Shown: in pieces, positions 37,701-46,989 of the stretch
Layout: each line of letters opens with the position of its first letter
How positions within the stretch are numbered: the stretch's first letter is position 1
Source: an uncultured Candidatus Saccharibacteria bacterium
GTDB taxonomy: Bacteria > Patescibacteriota > Minisyncoccia > Phycocordibacterales > Phycocordibacteraceae
Direction: 5' to 3'
DNA: 64,000 nucleotides
Assembly (NCBI GenBank): GCA_964593365.1
Contig: CAZQGQ010000001.1
Coordinates: forward strand, 178,384-242,383
The notes under the pieces: model-generated
The model's database searches: none
Seen by the model: the letters and a program-made list of their open reading frames with translations, nothing else
What the model was told of the DNA's origin: nothing
Program-made: the position numbers and the translations under genes

Positions 37701-37903
37701 ATCTTGTCGGTGATGAGGCGCTCGACGTCTTCTGCGCCTGCGCCTGGGAGTATGGTCGTGACGATGCCGACCGGGATCTGCACCTCAGGCGAAGATTCCT
37801 TCGGAATGATGATAACGGCGTACACCCCTGCAAGCAGGAGTACGACAGACAACAGGATCGTGAAGTGATGCTTGTCGAGGAAAAACGTCCAGAACTTCGT
37901 CAT
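34790..37903 (-). CDS. RND-family efflux transporter (AcrB/HAE1-like)
   Basis: 1037 aa, 12 TM helices with two large periplasmic loops. Confidence 0.9.
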   Translation of the reverse strand: MTKFWTFFLDKHHFTILLSVVLLLAGVYAVIIIPKESSPEVQIPVGIVTTILPGAGAEDVERLITDKIEDKVIGLERVSKVTSSSGGGVSNVTVEFDASANIERSIQLLKDEVDKVRPELPADAEDPTVTDVNFADQPIMIASVSGDLAPEELTALGDEIQNEIERIAGVSSVSISGVRAREVQVIVSEARLRQQGLTLSDITTALRLSGIGAPAGSITVDNIAYAVRLEAGITSPDDVAGVALRGAGGAPIYIRDVAEVVNGLEDPRTFSRVSVEGNPSEPALTFSVFKSRGGNIVSIGSEIKKKIAELEETTLAGTRTVISYDAADDVNHDLTELTRVGLETTALVMLMLLLTLGWRESLAAALAIPLSFLIAFIGIAASGNTINFISLFSLILAIGILVDSGIVVVEAIHTRLVKYGDKREAAVAAIQEYAWPLIAGTMTTVAVFVPLFFLSGILGKFVASIPYTVIFVLIASIIVALGLVPLYALYIIRPTLSRIERIQEDYNEKAQEWYKKFLRGILGDRKKENRFLWGIIGLFVLVLILPMVGAVKVIFFPPENSDLAYIEVEKPQGTTLAQTDLSVREVEELLYADGRIASFVSEVGSGSFFSGTGGSGANVANITLNLDKDRKETSAVVVSELRERVKEVTSARVKIEEPAGGPPTGAAVLVTFTGDDLSALSQTTERAARILADMPGTVNVTTSTRNDSPEFVVRLDTAKAAAAGVSPAVVSATLRAALFGSEAATIRANGEEIEVRTKLDLNPNYQSPEETNHTTIDAVRSLGIPSATGYIPLSSIASIEYEQAESVIRHEDGTRVATVEAGAVPTANPLQLVSDFNKRMSEEPLAPGVEMKIGGETEDVNQSFAEMGVAFLAGIALMLAILVLEFNSFRLSLYLLSVVPLSLIGALIGLMVTGAPLSFPSMLGIIALAGVIINHAIILMDSIGRIGREHPGRTLTDVVVEAAASRFRPIILTTIVTVVGMIPLSLASALWGPLAFTIMFGLAFSTVLTLVLIPVLYHRWPGKSVRARFAKEPTETV

Positions 37904-37904
37904 A

Positions 37905-39443
37905 CTACGGCGCCTCTATGATGGTGACTCGTTCGCCCTCGGCAAGGCCGCGTGCGTCTGCAACGATGCGAAGTGATGGATCAAGGGCTGTTGTGATCTC
38001 AATGCGTCCTCCGCGAACGGCACCAGTCTCAACCAGGATGGCTGCAAGGCGTCCTTCCTCGTTTACGGTAAAGACGACACGATCATCAGCGCGAAGCTTC
38101 ACGCTTGCAAGCGGAAGGAGTATCGGGCCTTGGGTTACTTCGCTTGTGGCGGCACCAGGAAGCGCGACGCGAACCGAAGCGCCGTTCGTAAGATTGGATG
38201 ACGCATCGATGGCGATACGGATCTCGACTTGCTTGGTGACCGGATCAAGCGCAGGGGAGATCGCCGTCACGATTCCCTCGTGTGTTTCTTCTACAAAAAC
38301 TTTCGTACCGACTGAAAGCGCTTCTCGATCGGCTTCTGAGATATACGCGACTACTTCAAGCGCGTTGTTTTGCGCGACCGTTGCAACGTGGGTGAGCGCG
38401 GTGACGTAATCGCCTCGCTGGATTGGGAGGAAGTTTATCGTGCCGCCAATTGGAGCGCGTACGACGGTCTGCTCCAGGTTTGCCTGGGCCGCGCGAAGCG
38501 AACCAAGTGCTGTCTTTACGGATGCGTCTACGCTTGCGGTTGCGCCCACTTCGCCGCTTCGGAACGCCCCGCGCGCAGCTGAAAGGGAAGCAAGGACGCT
38601 ATCGACGGTTGCTCTGGCTGACGCAAGTCCTGCAGCTTGCGCGGGGCTTGTTCCCGCGTCGCGGCGGTTTGCAGAGTCTGCAAGTCGAGTAAGGAAATCA
38701 GAGACGCGGCGCACCACTCGTTCCGCCTCGTCAAGCAAGGTTTGCGGATTCCGGTCCTCAGCGCCTTCCAAATTGCTCTGCCAAGTGTTCATCTCTCGCG
38801 AGAGTTCGGCGCGCTCGCGGGAGAGCCAGTTGCGGTCGGTGCCGTTGGCCGTGATGCGGAGCGTCGGACCGATGCCGGTCGGAGCGCCAAAGAACAGATC
38901 GATATCGTTTTCCATCGTGACGTCGATGTTGGTGTACGCGCTTCGGTACGCGTTTTGCGCGCTTATCACCTCCTCATCCAAGGAAGTCGCATTTCTCGCC
39001 GCGACTGCTGAGTCGTAATTTCCTTCAGCCTGGAGGACTGCAGCGCGTTCGCGCGCGTTCTCGAGGCTCGCGATCACGTAGCCTGCTGGCACGCTTGCGC
39101 CAAGGGAGGTGTTTACGCGCTCGACGGTGCCTCCAGTCTTTGCAAGGATCTTCGCTTCTGCAATCGAGTGGACGGTACCAAGTACGTTTCCGCCGCTTCC
39201 AGCTCCCGAGAGCTCGTTCAAGGGGCGAAGCGAGACAGCGCGAAGGGACGAGGTGTCTCCTGCAGGAGCGCCTCCGCCAGCAAGCGCAAAGCCCGCGATG
39301 ACGAGAACGGCGAGAAGCGCCGCGATGCCGATCTGGAATTTCTTTGAAAGCCCGCGATACCCGCGCCAGAGTGCGCCAAACAGAGCGCCCGTATCTTTTA
39401 CAAGACGAGTGGCTGCGTTACCGATGGATGAAAAGCGGTTCAT
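37905..39443 (-). CDS. RND efflux periplasmic adaptor (membrane fusion protein) with long coiled-coil
   Basis: N-terminal TM helix plus barrel/lipoyl/coiled-coil architecture; stop adjoins the RND pump start. Start probably M15 (39443). Confidence 0.7.
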   Translation of the reverse strand: MNRFSSIGNAATRLVKDTGALFGALWRGYRGLSKKFQIGIAALLAVLVIAGFALAGGGAPAGDTSSLRAVSLRPLNELSGAGSGGNVLGTVHSIAEAKILAKTGGTVERVNTSLGASVPAGYVIASLENARERAAVLQAEGNYDSAVAARNATSLDEEVISAQNAYRSAYTNIDVTMENDIDLFFGAPTGIGPTLRITANGTDRNWLSRERAELSREMNTWQSNLEGAEDRNPQTLLDEAERVVRRVSDFLTRLADSANRRDAGTSPAQAAGLASARATVDSVLASLSAARGAFRSGEVGATASVDASVKTALGSLRAAQANLEQTVVRAPIGGTINFLPIQRGDYVTALTHVATVAQNNALEVVAYISEADREALSVGTKVFVEETHEGIVTAISPALDPVTKQVEIRIAIDASSNLTNGASVRVALPGAATSEVTQGPILLPLASVKLRADDRVVFTVNEEGRLAAILVETGAVRGGRIEITTALDPSLRIVADARGLAEGERVTIIEAP

Positions 39444-39536
39444 ACGTTGTACTAAAAGGCGTAAGTAAACGGCAGTATAACACAATGGGCGTTTCCGGAG
39501 TTGGGCGCATCTAATGCGGTATACTCGAAAGAGCTC

Positions 39537-40559
39537 ATGAGAATTCCGTCGTTCGTCCGTCGTTTCCTCGACTCGAATGCAACGCGCGTTTCAAATCCGC
39601 GTGGCAAAGTGCTGCGACTGTTAGGTGCGCTCGCGCTTCTTCTGGTCGCGCTCTTGCTCGGGTACTCCGAACTCTTTGGTCCTCCGCACCGGGACGATCA
39701 GGAACTCTTCGAATTCATCGTAACGCCGGAAGCTGCGGAAGGGGACATTGCCGCATTCCTTGAGGAAGCGGGCATCGTCCGTCACGCGGTCGCGTTCCGT
39801 ATCGCGAACACCGGGGCAGAGCGCGGAGTCGTTCGACCCGGCGGGTACCGCATCTCGCTCTCGCAAGATGCGTGGACAGTCGCGGACACGCTTTCCAAAG
39901 CGCCCTACCTAGCGTGGGTCACCATTCCCGAAGGGTATCGGAAGGAGCAGATCGCTGAGATGCTCTCGGAAACGCTCGCATGGTCCCCGGAAGAGGTGGC
40001 GCTCTGGAGCGCGGCTTCGTCAGGGGGACTGCGTGAGGGCTTTTATTTTCCTGACACCTATCTCATACCGTCAGACCAGACGCCAGAACAGATCACTGAG
40101 CGCTTCCGCGGGCGCTTCGAAGATGCGTATGCTCCCTATGCCGCAGAAGCGGCGGAGCTTGGCATGGACTGGACGGAAGTCGTCACGCTCGCATCCCTCA
40201 TCGAGCGCGAAGCTGCCAAAAACGACAAGGAGCTTGTCGCAGGCATACTCCTGAACCGTCTTGAGCGCGGCATGCTCTTGCAGGTGGATGCGACCTTGCA
40301 GTACATACGAGGCGCACCAGGCAAGTGGTGGCCGGTACCGCGCTCGCAGGATAAATATCTCGAGTCTCCCTTTAATACGTATCGGCATGTAGGTCTTCCG
40401 CCCCAGCCGATAGCTAATCCGTCCCTCAATTCCATCGTAGCGGTGCTGCGGGCGGATGAGACGAGCTGCCTCTATTACCTGCATGACGCGAAGGGGCGCA
40501 TCCACTGCTCGCCTAACTACCAAGGGCACGTGGACAACATCAATATCTATCTGCGCTAG
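39537..40559 (+). CDS. mltG: endolytic murein transglycosylase MltG (YceG-like)
   Basis: 'ASLIEREA..', 'LQVDATLQY' and 'YNTYRHVGLPPQPIANP' YceG signature. An alternative TTG start is at 39501. Confidence 0.75.
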   Translation: MRIPSFVRRFLDSNATRVSNPRGKVLRLLGALALLLVALLLGYSELFGPPHRDDQELFEFIVTPEAAEGDIAAFLEEAGIVRHAVAFRIANTGAERGVVRPGGYRISLSQDAWTVADTLSKAPYLAWVTIPEGYRKEQIAEMLSETLAWSPEEVALWSAASSGGLREGFYFPDTYLIPSDQTPEQITERFRGRFEDAYAPYAAEAAELGMDWTEVVTLASLIEREAAKNDKELVAGILLNRLERGMLLQVDATLQYIRGAPGKWWPVPRSQDKYLESPFNTYRHVGLPPQPIANPSLNSIVAVLRADETSCLYYLHDAKGRIHCSPNYQGHVDNINIYLR

Positions 40560-40625
40560 CCTTGCTTGCTTGAGGTTCCGTTCCGCGCTATCTTTCCTTA
40601 TATAGGGCCTGCCGGCCTCTTTTTT

Positions 40626-42428
40626 ATGGAAATACGAAACATCGCGATCATCGCTCACGTGGACCACGGCAAGACAACCTTGACGGACGCCTTGCTGCGC
40701 CAGACAGGAGCTGCGGTCGAGGGCGTATCCATGGACTCGAACACCCTTGAGAAGGAGCGCGGCATCACCATCTACTCCAAGAACGCCTCGGTCACCTATA
40801 AGGGAACGAAGATCAACATCGTCGACACCCCGGGCCACGCGGACTTCGGTTCTGAAGTGGAGCGCGTCTTGCGTTCCATCGACTCCGTGCTTTTGGTAGT
40901 CGATGCGCAGGAAGGGCCGATGCCGCAGACCCGCTTCGTGCTCAAGAAGTCTTTGGAACTTGGATTGAAGCCTATTTTGGTACTGAATAAAATTGATAAG
41001 CCAGCAGCTGATCCAGCTCGCGCTGAGGAGCAGGTGCTCGAACTCTTCCTTGACCTCGGAGCTAGCGACGACCAGGCAAACTTCACGACCGTGTACGCGA
41101 TCGGACGCGATGGCGTTGCCGCAAAGACCCTCGACGATATGCCCTCTAACGGAGGATCGGCGATGGACCTGACAGCGCTTTTGGACACCGTGCTTGAGAA
41201 GGTTCCCGTAGCATCCTCCCCTGAAGCCGCTGCTAAGCCGCTTCGCTTGCAGGCTTTTAACCTCGCCTACGACAACTTCTTGGGACGCCTCGCAATCGCG
41301 CGCGTGTACGAAGGAGTCGTGAAGGCCGGAGACGCAGTGACGGTCAAAAAGCCAGACGGCACTCCTCGAACCGGAAAGATCACCAAGATCTTCACCTTCA
41401 ACGGCCTTGAGCGCGTTGACGCGGCGTCAGCTGAGGCAGGCGACATCGTCATCATCGCGGGTCTTCCTGACATCTTTATCGGAGAGACCATCTCGACTGA
41501 TCCCTCAGTGGAGCCGCTTCCAGCGATCGCAATCGATGAGCCGACCATCACGCTGAACTTCCTCGTCAACAACTCTCCGTTTGCAGGAAAGGAAGGAAAG
41601 TTCGTCACCTCCCGCCAGCTTCGCGAATACCTCGAGCGCGAGCTTGAAGTGAACGTCGGGTTGAAAGTCGACTTCGTCTCGCCAGACTCATTCAAGGTCT
41701 CCGGACGCGGCGAGCTCCACATCGCCATTCTCCTTGAGAACATGCGCCGCGCAGGGTATGAGCTCCAGGTCTCCCAGCCGCAGGTCATCATCCGGGAAGA
41801 GGAAGGCCAGAAGCTCGAGCCGTACGAGGAAGTCATCATCGACACACCAAGCGAATTCCAGGGATCGATCATCGAGCGCCTTGGAACGCGCGCATTCGTG
41901 TTGCAGAACATGGTGCAGGAGGGAAGCGGCGTCCGTATCACCCTTGAAGGACCTACCCGCGGTATTTTGGGATACAAGAACCAGTTCGTTATCGATACAA
42001 AAGGAGAAGGAATTCTTTCCTCACGCGTCTTGGGCTTCAAGCCCTACGCAGGCGAGATCAAGAAGCGCCAGGTAGGCTCGATGATCTCCATGGCAAGCGG
42101 GAAGGCCTTGGGCTACGCGCTCTGGATGCTCCAGGATCGCGGCATGCTCTACATCGGCCCTGCAACGGAAACGTACGAAGGCATGGTGATCGGCAACACC
42201 TCCAAGGGCGAAGAGATGATGGTGAATCCGACCAAGGGAAAGAACCTCACGAACGTCCGCTCATCTGGAAACGACGAAGCTATCACGCTCGTTCCTGCCT
42301 TCACGCTCACCATCGAGCGCGGACTCGAGATCATGGCAGTGGATGAGTATCTTGAGATCACTCCTGCAAGCGTGCGCCTTCGCAAGCAGTTCCTCACGGA
42401 AAGCGACCGCGCCAAGGCAAGACGCTAG
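40626..42428 (+). CDS. typA: translational GTPase TypA/BipA
   Basis: 'IAIIAHVDHGKTTL', 'DTPGHADF' and 'NKIDK' G-motifs with the BipA-specific C-terminus. Confidence 0.9.
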   Translation: MEIRNIAIIAHVDHGKTTLTDALLRQTGAAVEGVSMDSNTLEKERGITIYSKNASVTYKGTKINIVDTPGHADFGSEVERVLRSIDSVLLVVDAQEGPMPQTRFVLKKSLELGLKPILVLNKIDKPAADPARAEEQVLELFLDLGASDDQANFTTVYAIGRDGVAAKTLDDMPSNGGSAMDLTALLDTVLEKVPVASSPEAAAKPLRLQAFNLAYDNFLGRLAIARVYEGVVKAGDAVTVKKPDGTPRTGKITKIFTFNGLERVDAASAEAGDIVIIAGLPDIFIGETISTDPSVEPLPAIAIDEPTITLNFLVNNSPFAGKEGKFVTSRQLREYLERELEVNVGLKVDFVSPDSFKVSGRGELHIAILLENMRRAGYELQVSQPQVIIREEEGQKLEPYEEVIIDTPSEFQGSIIERLGTRAFVLQNMVQEGSGVRITLEGPTRGILGYKNQFVIDTKGEGILSSRVLGFKPYAGEIKKRQVGSMISMASGKALGYALWMLQDRGMLYIGPATETYEGMVIGNTSKGEEMMVNPTKGKNLTNVRSSGNDEAITLVPAFTLTIERGLEIMAVDEYLEITPASVRLRKQFLTESDRAKARR

Positions 42429-42493
42429 TCCTCATACTTTTTTCACGCAAAGAGAGCTATAAGAAGGGGGTTACCAGCAATAACCCGTAATCC

Positions 42494-42652
42494 ATGCTTC
42501 TTACTATCGCAGTCCTTCTTATTGTTCTCTGGGTACTTGGCTTTGTAACCTCCTATACGCTTGGAGGATTCATCCATCTCCTTCTTCTCATCGCGATCGT
42601 CATGGTCCTTGTCCGTGTCATCCGGGGGAAGAATCCATTGCCTCCCGCATAG
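42494..42652 (+). CDS. lmo0937-family small membrane protein (52 aa)
   Basis: Hand-translated 'MLLTIAVLLIVLWVLGFVTSYTLGGFIHLLLLIAIVMVLVRVIRGKNPLPPA'. Absent from the ORF track, which lists an antisense ORF here instead. Confidence 0.55.
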   Translation: MLLTIAVLLIVLWVLGFVTSYTLGGFIHLLLLIAIVMVLVRVIRGKNPLPPA

Positions 42653-42889
42653 TCTCTTTTGAGTGTAGGCAACGGGCGCGCAGCACACCTGCGCGCCCTT
42701 GCTGTATCGGGGTTGCCGTGCTATTGTATGGCTACAACGATCCTCCTCACTGGTTTATCGTCTTGGGAGTTACTCAAGACCGCCCTGAAGAAATAGGAGA
42801 ACGGGCGAAACTCTCGAGGCGTTGCTTAGAAACCACATAGGGCGCGGCTTCTTCTCTTTTCCGCCGTACCCTCAAACCTTACATTCAGT

Positions 42890-44212
42890 ATGGCAACTAC
42901 ATACATCGTGCGAAAGAACAGCCGGAACGACCTCGCAGGTCGCCCGGGATATGAGCGCTTTGGCGCTAAGCGACGTGGACCTGGAGGTCCTAGCAAGAGC
43001 CGTGGACCAAGTTCCAGCGGTGGCGGCAGTCGCGGTCGCGGAGCTCCCTCACGAGGGGGTCGCGGCGGAGGACGAAACAACCGCCAGGAAATGGCAGTCG
43101 ACCTCACCAAGCTCGTTAATAAAGCAAAGCCAGGAGTAGTCGAGGCACCATTTGTCCCGATTCACACCTTCGCGGACTTCCCGATAGACACGCTCTTGAA
43201 GGAAAACATCATCACGAAGGGCTACCTTCTGCCAACACCCATCCAGGATCAGTCGATCCCGCATGTGCTTAAGGGCGAAGACGTCGTCGGACTTGCAAAC
43301 ACCGGAACCGGAAAGACGGCAGCCTTCCTCATTCCTCTTATCGATAAAGTAATGAAGCTTCGCGCGCTTAACGAAACGGAACGGGTACTCATCATGGTCC
43401 CGACCCGCGAGCTTGCGATCCAGATCGAGGCTGAGTTCTGGGGCTTTGCAAAGCGCCTCAACATGAACGCCGTCGTCTGTGTCGGAGGAGCAGGCATCGA
43501 GCCGCAGATCCGCGTGCTTCGCCGCTCACCGTCATTTGTGATCGGTACGCCAGGACGCTTGAAGGACCTCATGGAGCGCCGAGAGCTTAACCTCTCAGAC
43601 TTCGGTACCGTCGTTCTCGACGAGGCTGACCGTATGCTCGACATGGGCTTCATCGACGACATGCGTCAGATCCTCTCGAAGATGAAAAGCGAGCGTCACA
43701 CGCTCTTCTTCAGCGCGACCATGGGACGCGATGTCGAGCGGCTCGTAAACGACTTCTTGAAGAATCCGGTTCGCATCTCGGTTAAGACCCGCGACACGGC
43801 CGCAACCATCGATCAGGACGTCATCTACGCGACCCGAGACAACAAGTTCGACAAGCTCATGGAGCTTCTCAAGAAGCCCGAGTTTGATAAGACCCTGGTC
43901 TTCGGACGCACCAAACACGGCGTTGAGCGTCTCTCAAAGGACATCAGCCGCGCTGGCGTTCCCGCTGAATCGATTCACGGAGACAAGACGCACGGACGCC
44001 GCCAGAAGGCACTCGGTCTTTTCAAGAAGGACCATGTGAAGGTGCTGGTCGCAACTGACGTTGCTGCTCGCGGCCTTGATATCTCAGGTGTCTCGCACGT
44101 CATTAACTTCGACTTGCCAGCGACCTATGAGGATTACACGCACCGAATCGGCCGAACAGGCCGCGCCGGACTCTCTGGAAAGGCTCTGACCTTCATCGAG
44201 TCTCCACGATAA
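42890..44212 (+). CDS. DEAD-box ATP-dependent RNA helicase with N-terminal RG/RGG-rich extension
   Basis: Q-motif 'PTPIQ', 'ANTGTGKT', 'DEAD', 'SAT' and 'HRIGRTGRAG'; terminator at 44237-44272. Confidence 0.9.
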   Translation: MATTYIVRKNSRNDLAGRPGYERFGAKRRGPGGPSKSRGPSSSGGGSRGRGAPSRGGRGGGRNNRQEMAVDLTKLVNKAKPGVVEAPFVPIHTFADFPIDTLLKENIITKGYLLPTPIQDQSIPHVLKGEDVVGLANTGTGKTAAFLIPLIDKVMKLRALNETERVLIMVPTRELAIQIEAEFWGFAKRLNMNAVVCVGGAGIEPQIRVLRRSPSFVIGTPGRLKDLMERRELNLSDFGTVVLDEADRMLDMGFIDDMRQILSKMKSERHTLFFSATMGRDVERLVNDFLKNPVRISVKTRDTAATIDQDVIYATRDNKFDKLMELLKKPEFDKTLVFGRTKHGVERLSKDISRAGVPAESIHGDKTHGRRQKALGLFKKDHVKVLVATDVAARGLDISGVSHVINFDLPATYEDYTHRIGRTGRAGLSGKALTFIESPR

Positions 44213-44288
44213 CGCCTCTACACTTAACTTCATTGAGAAAACCGAAATCGATCAATTCTATTTCGGTTTTTTCATACCCTAACCACCC

Positions 44289-44558
44289 ATGAACGACTTT
44301 CTCAAGATGGATATCTTCTTCGTCGTAGCGACGATAAGCGTTATAGTAGTTGGGGTTCTTCTGTCGCTTGTCCTTTGGTATGGACTTCGGCTCGTTAAGA
44401 CCTGTGATCGCATATTGCAGGAAGTCGAAGGGGAAGCGAAAGCACTTCGCGCTGACATTGCAGAGACTAGGGCAAACCTAAAGCGTGAAGGGCGAGCGCT
44501 CTCCCGACTCATTGACTTCGTTGTGTCATCCGGACGGAAACTCTTGAAAGGTAAATAA
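44289..44558 (+). CDS. small hypothetical membrane protein
   Basis: N-terminal TM helix then a coiled segment. Confidence 0.4.
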   Translation: MNDFLKMDIFFVVATISVIVVGVLLSLVLWYGLRLVKTCDRILQEVEGEAKALRADIAETRANLKREGRALSRLIDFVVSSGRKLLKGK

Positions 44559-44572
44559 CTAATCGACTCATT

Positions 44573-45010
44573 ATGGCTACAACTAAAAAGAAGGCAGCAG
44601 CAAAAGGAAAGAAGAAAGGACAGGGCGCAGCTATCGCAGCAGGCGTGCTTGCTGCAGGAGCAGCCGCAGCCGCAGGGTATTACTTTTATGGCGCAAAAAA
44701 CGCCAAGCAGCACCGCACCAAGGCTGTTAAATGGGCAAAGGAAATGAAGCGAGACGTTGTCCGCGAAGCCAAGAAGCTCCAGAAGATCGATGAATCGGTC
44801 ATGCATGGCGTTGTCGACCGCATCGCAGGAGCGTACAAGGGCGGCAGGGGAATTGACGCAGCCGATCTGAAGCAGGTCGTCAGCGAACTCAAGTCCAACT
44901 GGCGCAAGGTGAAGAGTGAAGTTACCGGCAAGGGCAAGGCAAAGACCGCCAAGCGCTCAACGAAGAAAGTCGCAAAGAAGTCAGCAAAGAAGACCGCCAA
45001 GAAGCGCTAA
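44573..45010 (+). CDS. Lys/Ala-rich hypothetical protein (histone-H1-like basic tails)
   Basis: KKxAKK repeats at both termini. Confidence 0.45.
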   Translation: MATTKKKAAAKGKKKGQGAAIAAGVLAAGAAAAAGYYFYGAKNAKQHRTKAVKWAKEMKRDVVREAKKLQKIDESVMHGVVDRIAGAYKGGRGIDAADLKQVVSELKSNWRKVKSEVTGKGKAKTAKRSTKKVAKKSAKKTAKKR

Positions 45011-45019
45011 GCTCACTCT

Positions 45020-45214
45020 ATGAATTCAAACACCAACATCATCGTCGTCATTATCCTCGTTCTTCTGGTCGGCTTCGGCGTCTGGTACTTTACCGCCCGC
45101 CAAGCACCAGCGCCACAGGCGCCAGCCCAGGAAGCAAGCGATATACAGATTGAGATTGGCGGCGAAGCCGAAGGGCCAGCGCAGCCAGCAGAACCAGCAG
45201 AACCTGCTCAGTAG
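45020..45214 (+). CDS. small membrane protein with PA/PAE repeats
   Basis: 64 aa, N-terminal TM helix. Confidence 0.35.
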   Translation: MNSNTNIIVVIILVLLVGFGVWYFTARQAPAPQAPAQEASDIQIEIGGEAEGPAQPAEPAEPAQ

Positions 45215-45286
45215 CAGCACTCGGGAAGGGGAAATAGGGATGGGGTATACTGGTTCCTACACTACTCATAACCTGTTTCTTGCATC

Positions 45287-45988
45287 ATGGCATCAACGAA
45301 AGACAGTGCGTTCAACGAGAAGTACCTAACACCGCTCGCGGTCATCTTAGGTGCAATCATTATTGCTCTCGCGCTTGCCTTCGGGCGAGGCGGAGTTGAA
45401 CCGGCTCCAAACGAAGGAGAGCCTATGGTCGTCGACATCGCTGAGGTCAACACTGAAGCTTCTCCGTCAGTAGGAGAGAAGAATGCTCCGGTCACGATCG
45501 CAGTCTGGTTCGATTACCAGTGCCCGTTCTGCAAGCGCTTCGAGCTTGATACGCTCGAGCAGGTGTACCAGAACTACGTCGTCGACGGGAAAGTCCGCAT
45601 CGTCTACAAGGACTTCCAGTTCCTCGGTCCTGACTCAGCAACGGCAGCCCTCTTTGCCCGCGCAGTATGGGACGCAGAGCCTACGCACTTCCATGACTGG
45701 TATCTTGCCGTCATGAACGCGCAGGACGAGGAGCACGGAGGATTCGGTAACCTTGAGTCGCTCACTACCCTTACGCGAACCATCGAAGGAATCGATACGG
45801 ATCGCGTCTTGAAGGTCATGAATGACAAGAAGGCGGAGTTTGAGGCTGCTATCGCCGCAGACCGCCAGGAAGGAGCTTCCTTCGGCATTAACGGAACGCC
45901 AGGCATCGTCGTTGGAACGACCTTGCTCGCAGGCGCACGTCCGTACGCTGAAGTAAGCGCCCTTATCGACGCCGAACTCGCTAAGTAA
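45287..45988 (+). CDS. DsbA-family thiol:disulfide oxidoreductase
   Basis: 'YQCPFCKRFE' CxxC within a thioredoxin fold. Confidence 0.8.
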   Translation: MASTKDSAFNEKYLTPLAVILGAIIIALALAFGRGGVEPAPNEGEPMVVDIAEVNTEASPSVGEKNAPVTIAVWFDYQCPFCKRFELDTLEQVYQNYVVDGKVRIVYKDFQFLGPDSATAALFARAVWDAEPTHFHDWYLAVMNAQDEEHGGFGNLESLTTLTRTIEGIDTDRVLKVMNDKKAEFEAAIAADRQEGASFGINGTPGIVVGTTLLAGARPYAEVSALIDAELAK

Positions 45989-46061
45989 GAAGATATACGT
46001 GCTTGGTAACGCGCTCGGAGAGATCCGGGCGCGTTGCTTTTATGTGGTATACACTCATTCG

Positions 46062-46484
46062 ATGACCGAAGAGGAATTCAAGGCGCTTGCCGAATCTGTG
46101 TGGCAGGACCTCCCAGAGAAGTTTGCAGCGCGCATCAAGAATGTCGCGCTCTTGATCGAGGATGAGCCGGACGAAGAGACCAGGAAGGAAGAATGCCTTC
46201 TGGAAGGGGAATCCTTGTATGGGATCTACCGCGGCGTACCCAATACGCTTCGGGGCGCCGATTATGGAGTAGGCGGGACCCTTCCTGACACCATTACCCT
46301 GTATCGACTCCCCATACTGGAGGAGGCGAGAGAACTTACCGACACCGATACGAACATGTTCAAGGATATGGTGACAAAAGTGGTGCGAGAGACGGTCTGG
46401 CACGAGGTCGGCCACTATTTTGGCCTAGATGAGGATCCGATAAACAAGCGGGAAGGAGAGGGAACGAACAGGTTTGAGTCCTAG
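46062..46484 (+). CDS. zincin-like metallopeptidase family protein (DUF1025-type)
   Basis: 'TVWHEVGHYFGLDE' HExxH motif; start moved to ATG 46062. Confidence 0.55.
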   Translation: MTEEEFKALAESVWQDLPEKFAARIKNVALLIEDEPDEETRKEECLLEGESLYGIYRGVPNTLRGADYGVGGTLPDTITLYRLPILEEARELTDTDTNMFKDMVTKVVRETVWHEVGHYFGLDEDPINKREGEGTNRFES

Positions 46485-46511
46485 GCTGTCAGCTCGATAT
46501 ATACTGTTTGT

Positions 46512-46940
46512 ATGAAAAAGTTTTACTACCTCGGCACGTTGGTATTTGTTTTTTTGGTTCCTACAGTCGTTGCCGGATTCTTTCTTTCTAACTTTATTTC
46601 CCTTGAAGCACTCGTGCCGTTTGTAATATTAGTCACAATCATAGGAAGTATCTGGGATGTGTGGGCTACTCGTCACGGAAGAAAGGATCGAGTATGGCTT
46701 TGGCAATTTAATCGTAAGAATACGCTTGGTCCGCGATTCCTTGGCTTACCAATTGAAGAGTATTTGTTCTATGTCGTGAGTAGCGTGTACGTAATCTTTA
46801 TGTGGGAAGGACTGAAACTTATGCTCGCAGGAACCGTCTCCCAGGTGTATTGGACTATTGCCGCATTAGCCGGATGGACTCTTGTCTCTTTAGCAGCGCC
46901 ATACATTCTAGCGCCCAAAGGCGATAAGGTACTGAGCTAG
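46512..46940 (+). CDS. lycopene-cyclase-domain membrane protein
   Basis: 'LGLPIEEYLFYVV' within a 4-5 TM protein resembles CrtYcd-type domains; low-GC gene. Confidence 0.4.
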   Translation: MKKFYYLGTLVFVFLVPTVVAGFFLSNFISLEALVPFVILVTIIGSIWDVWATRHGRKDRVWLWQFNRKNTLGPRFLGLPIEEYLFYVVSSVYVIFMWEGLKLMLAGTVSQVYWTIAALAGWTLVSLAAPYILAPKGDKVLS

Positions 46941-46989
46941 AAAATTTCCAACATCGTCCCAGAGAGCCAGCAATGCTAAGCTGGTTTAC

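Noticed and set aside
35054-37868. Multiple + strand ORFs (35054-35797, 35631-36191, 36525-37148, 37443-37868)
   Set aside because: All lie antisense within the RND transporter gene and are Arg/Ser-rich artefacts of GC-rich coding sequence.
42443-42688. Minus-strand 81-aa ORF
   Set aside because: It is antisense to a convincing + strand 52-aa lmo0937-family membrane protein (42494-42652); the minus ORF is charged, low-complexity and non-protein-like.
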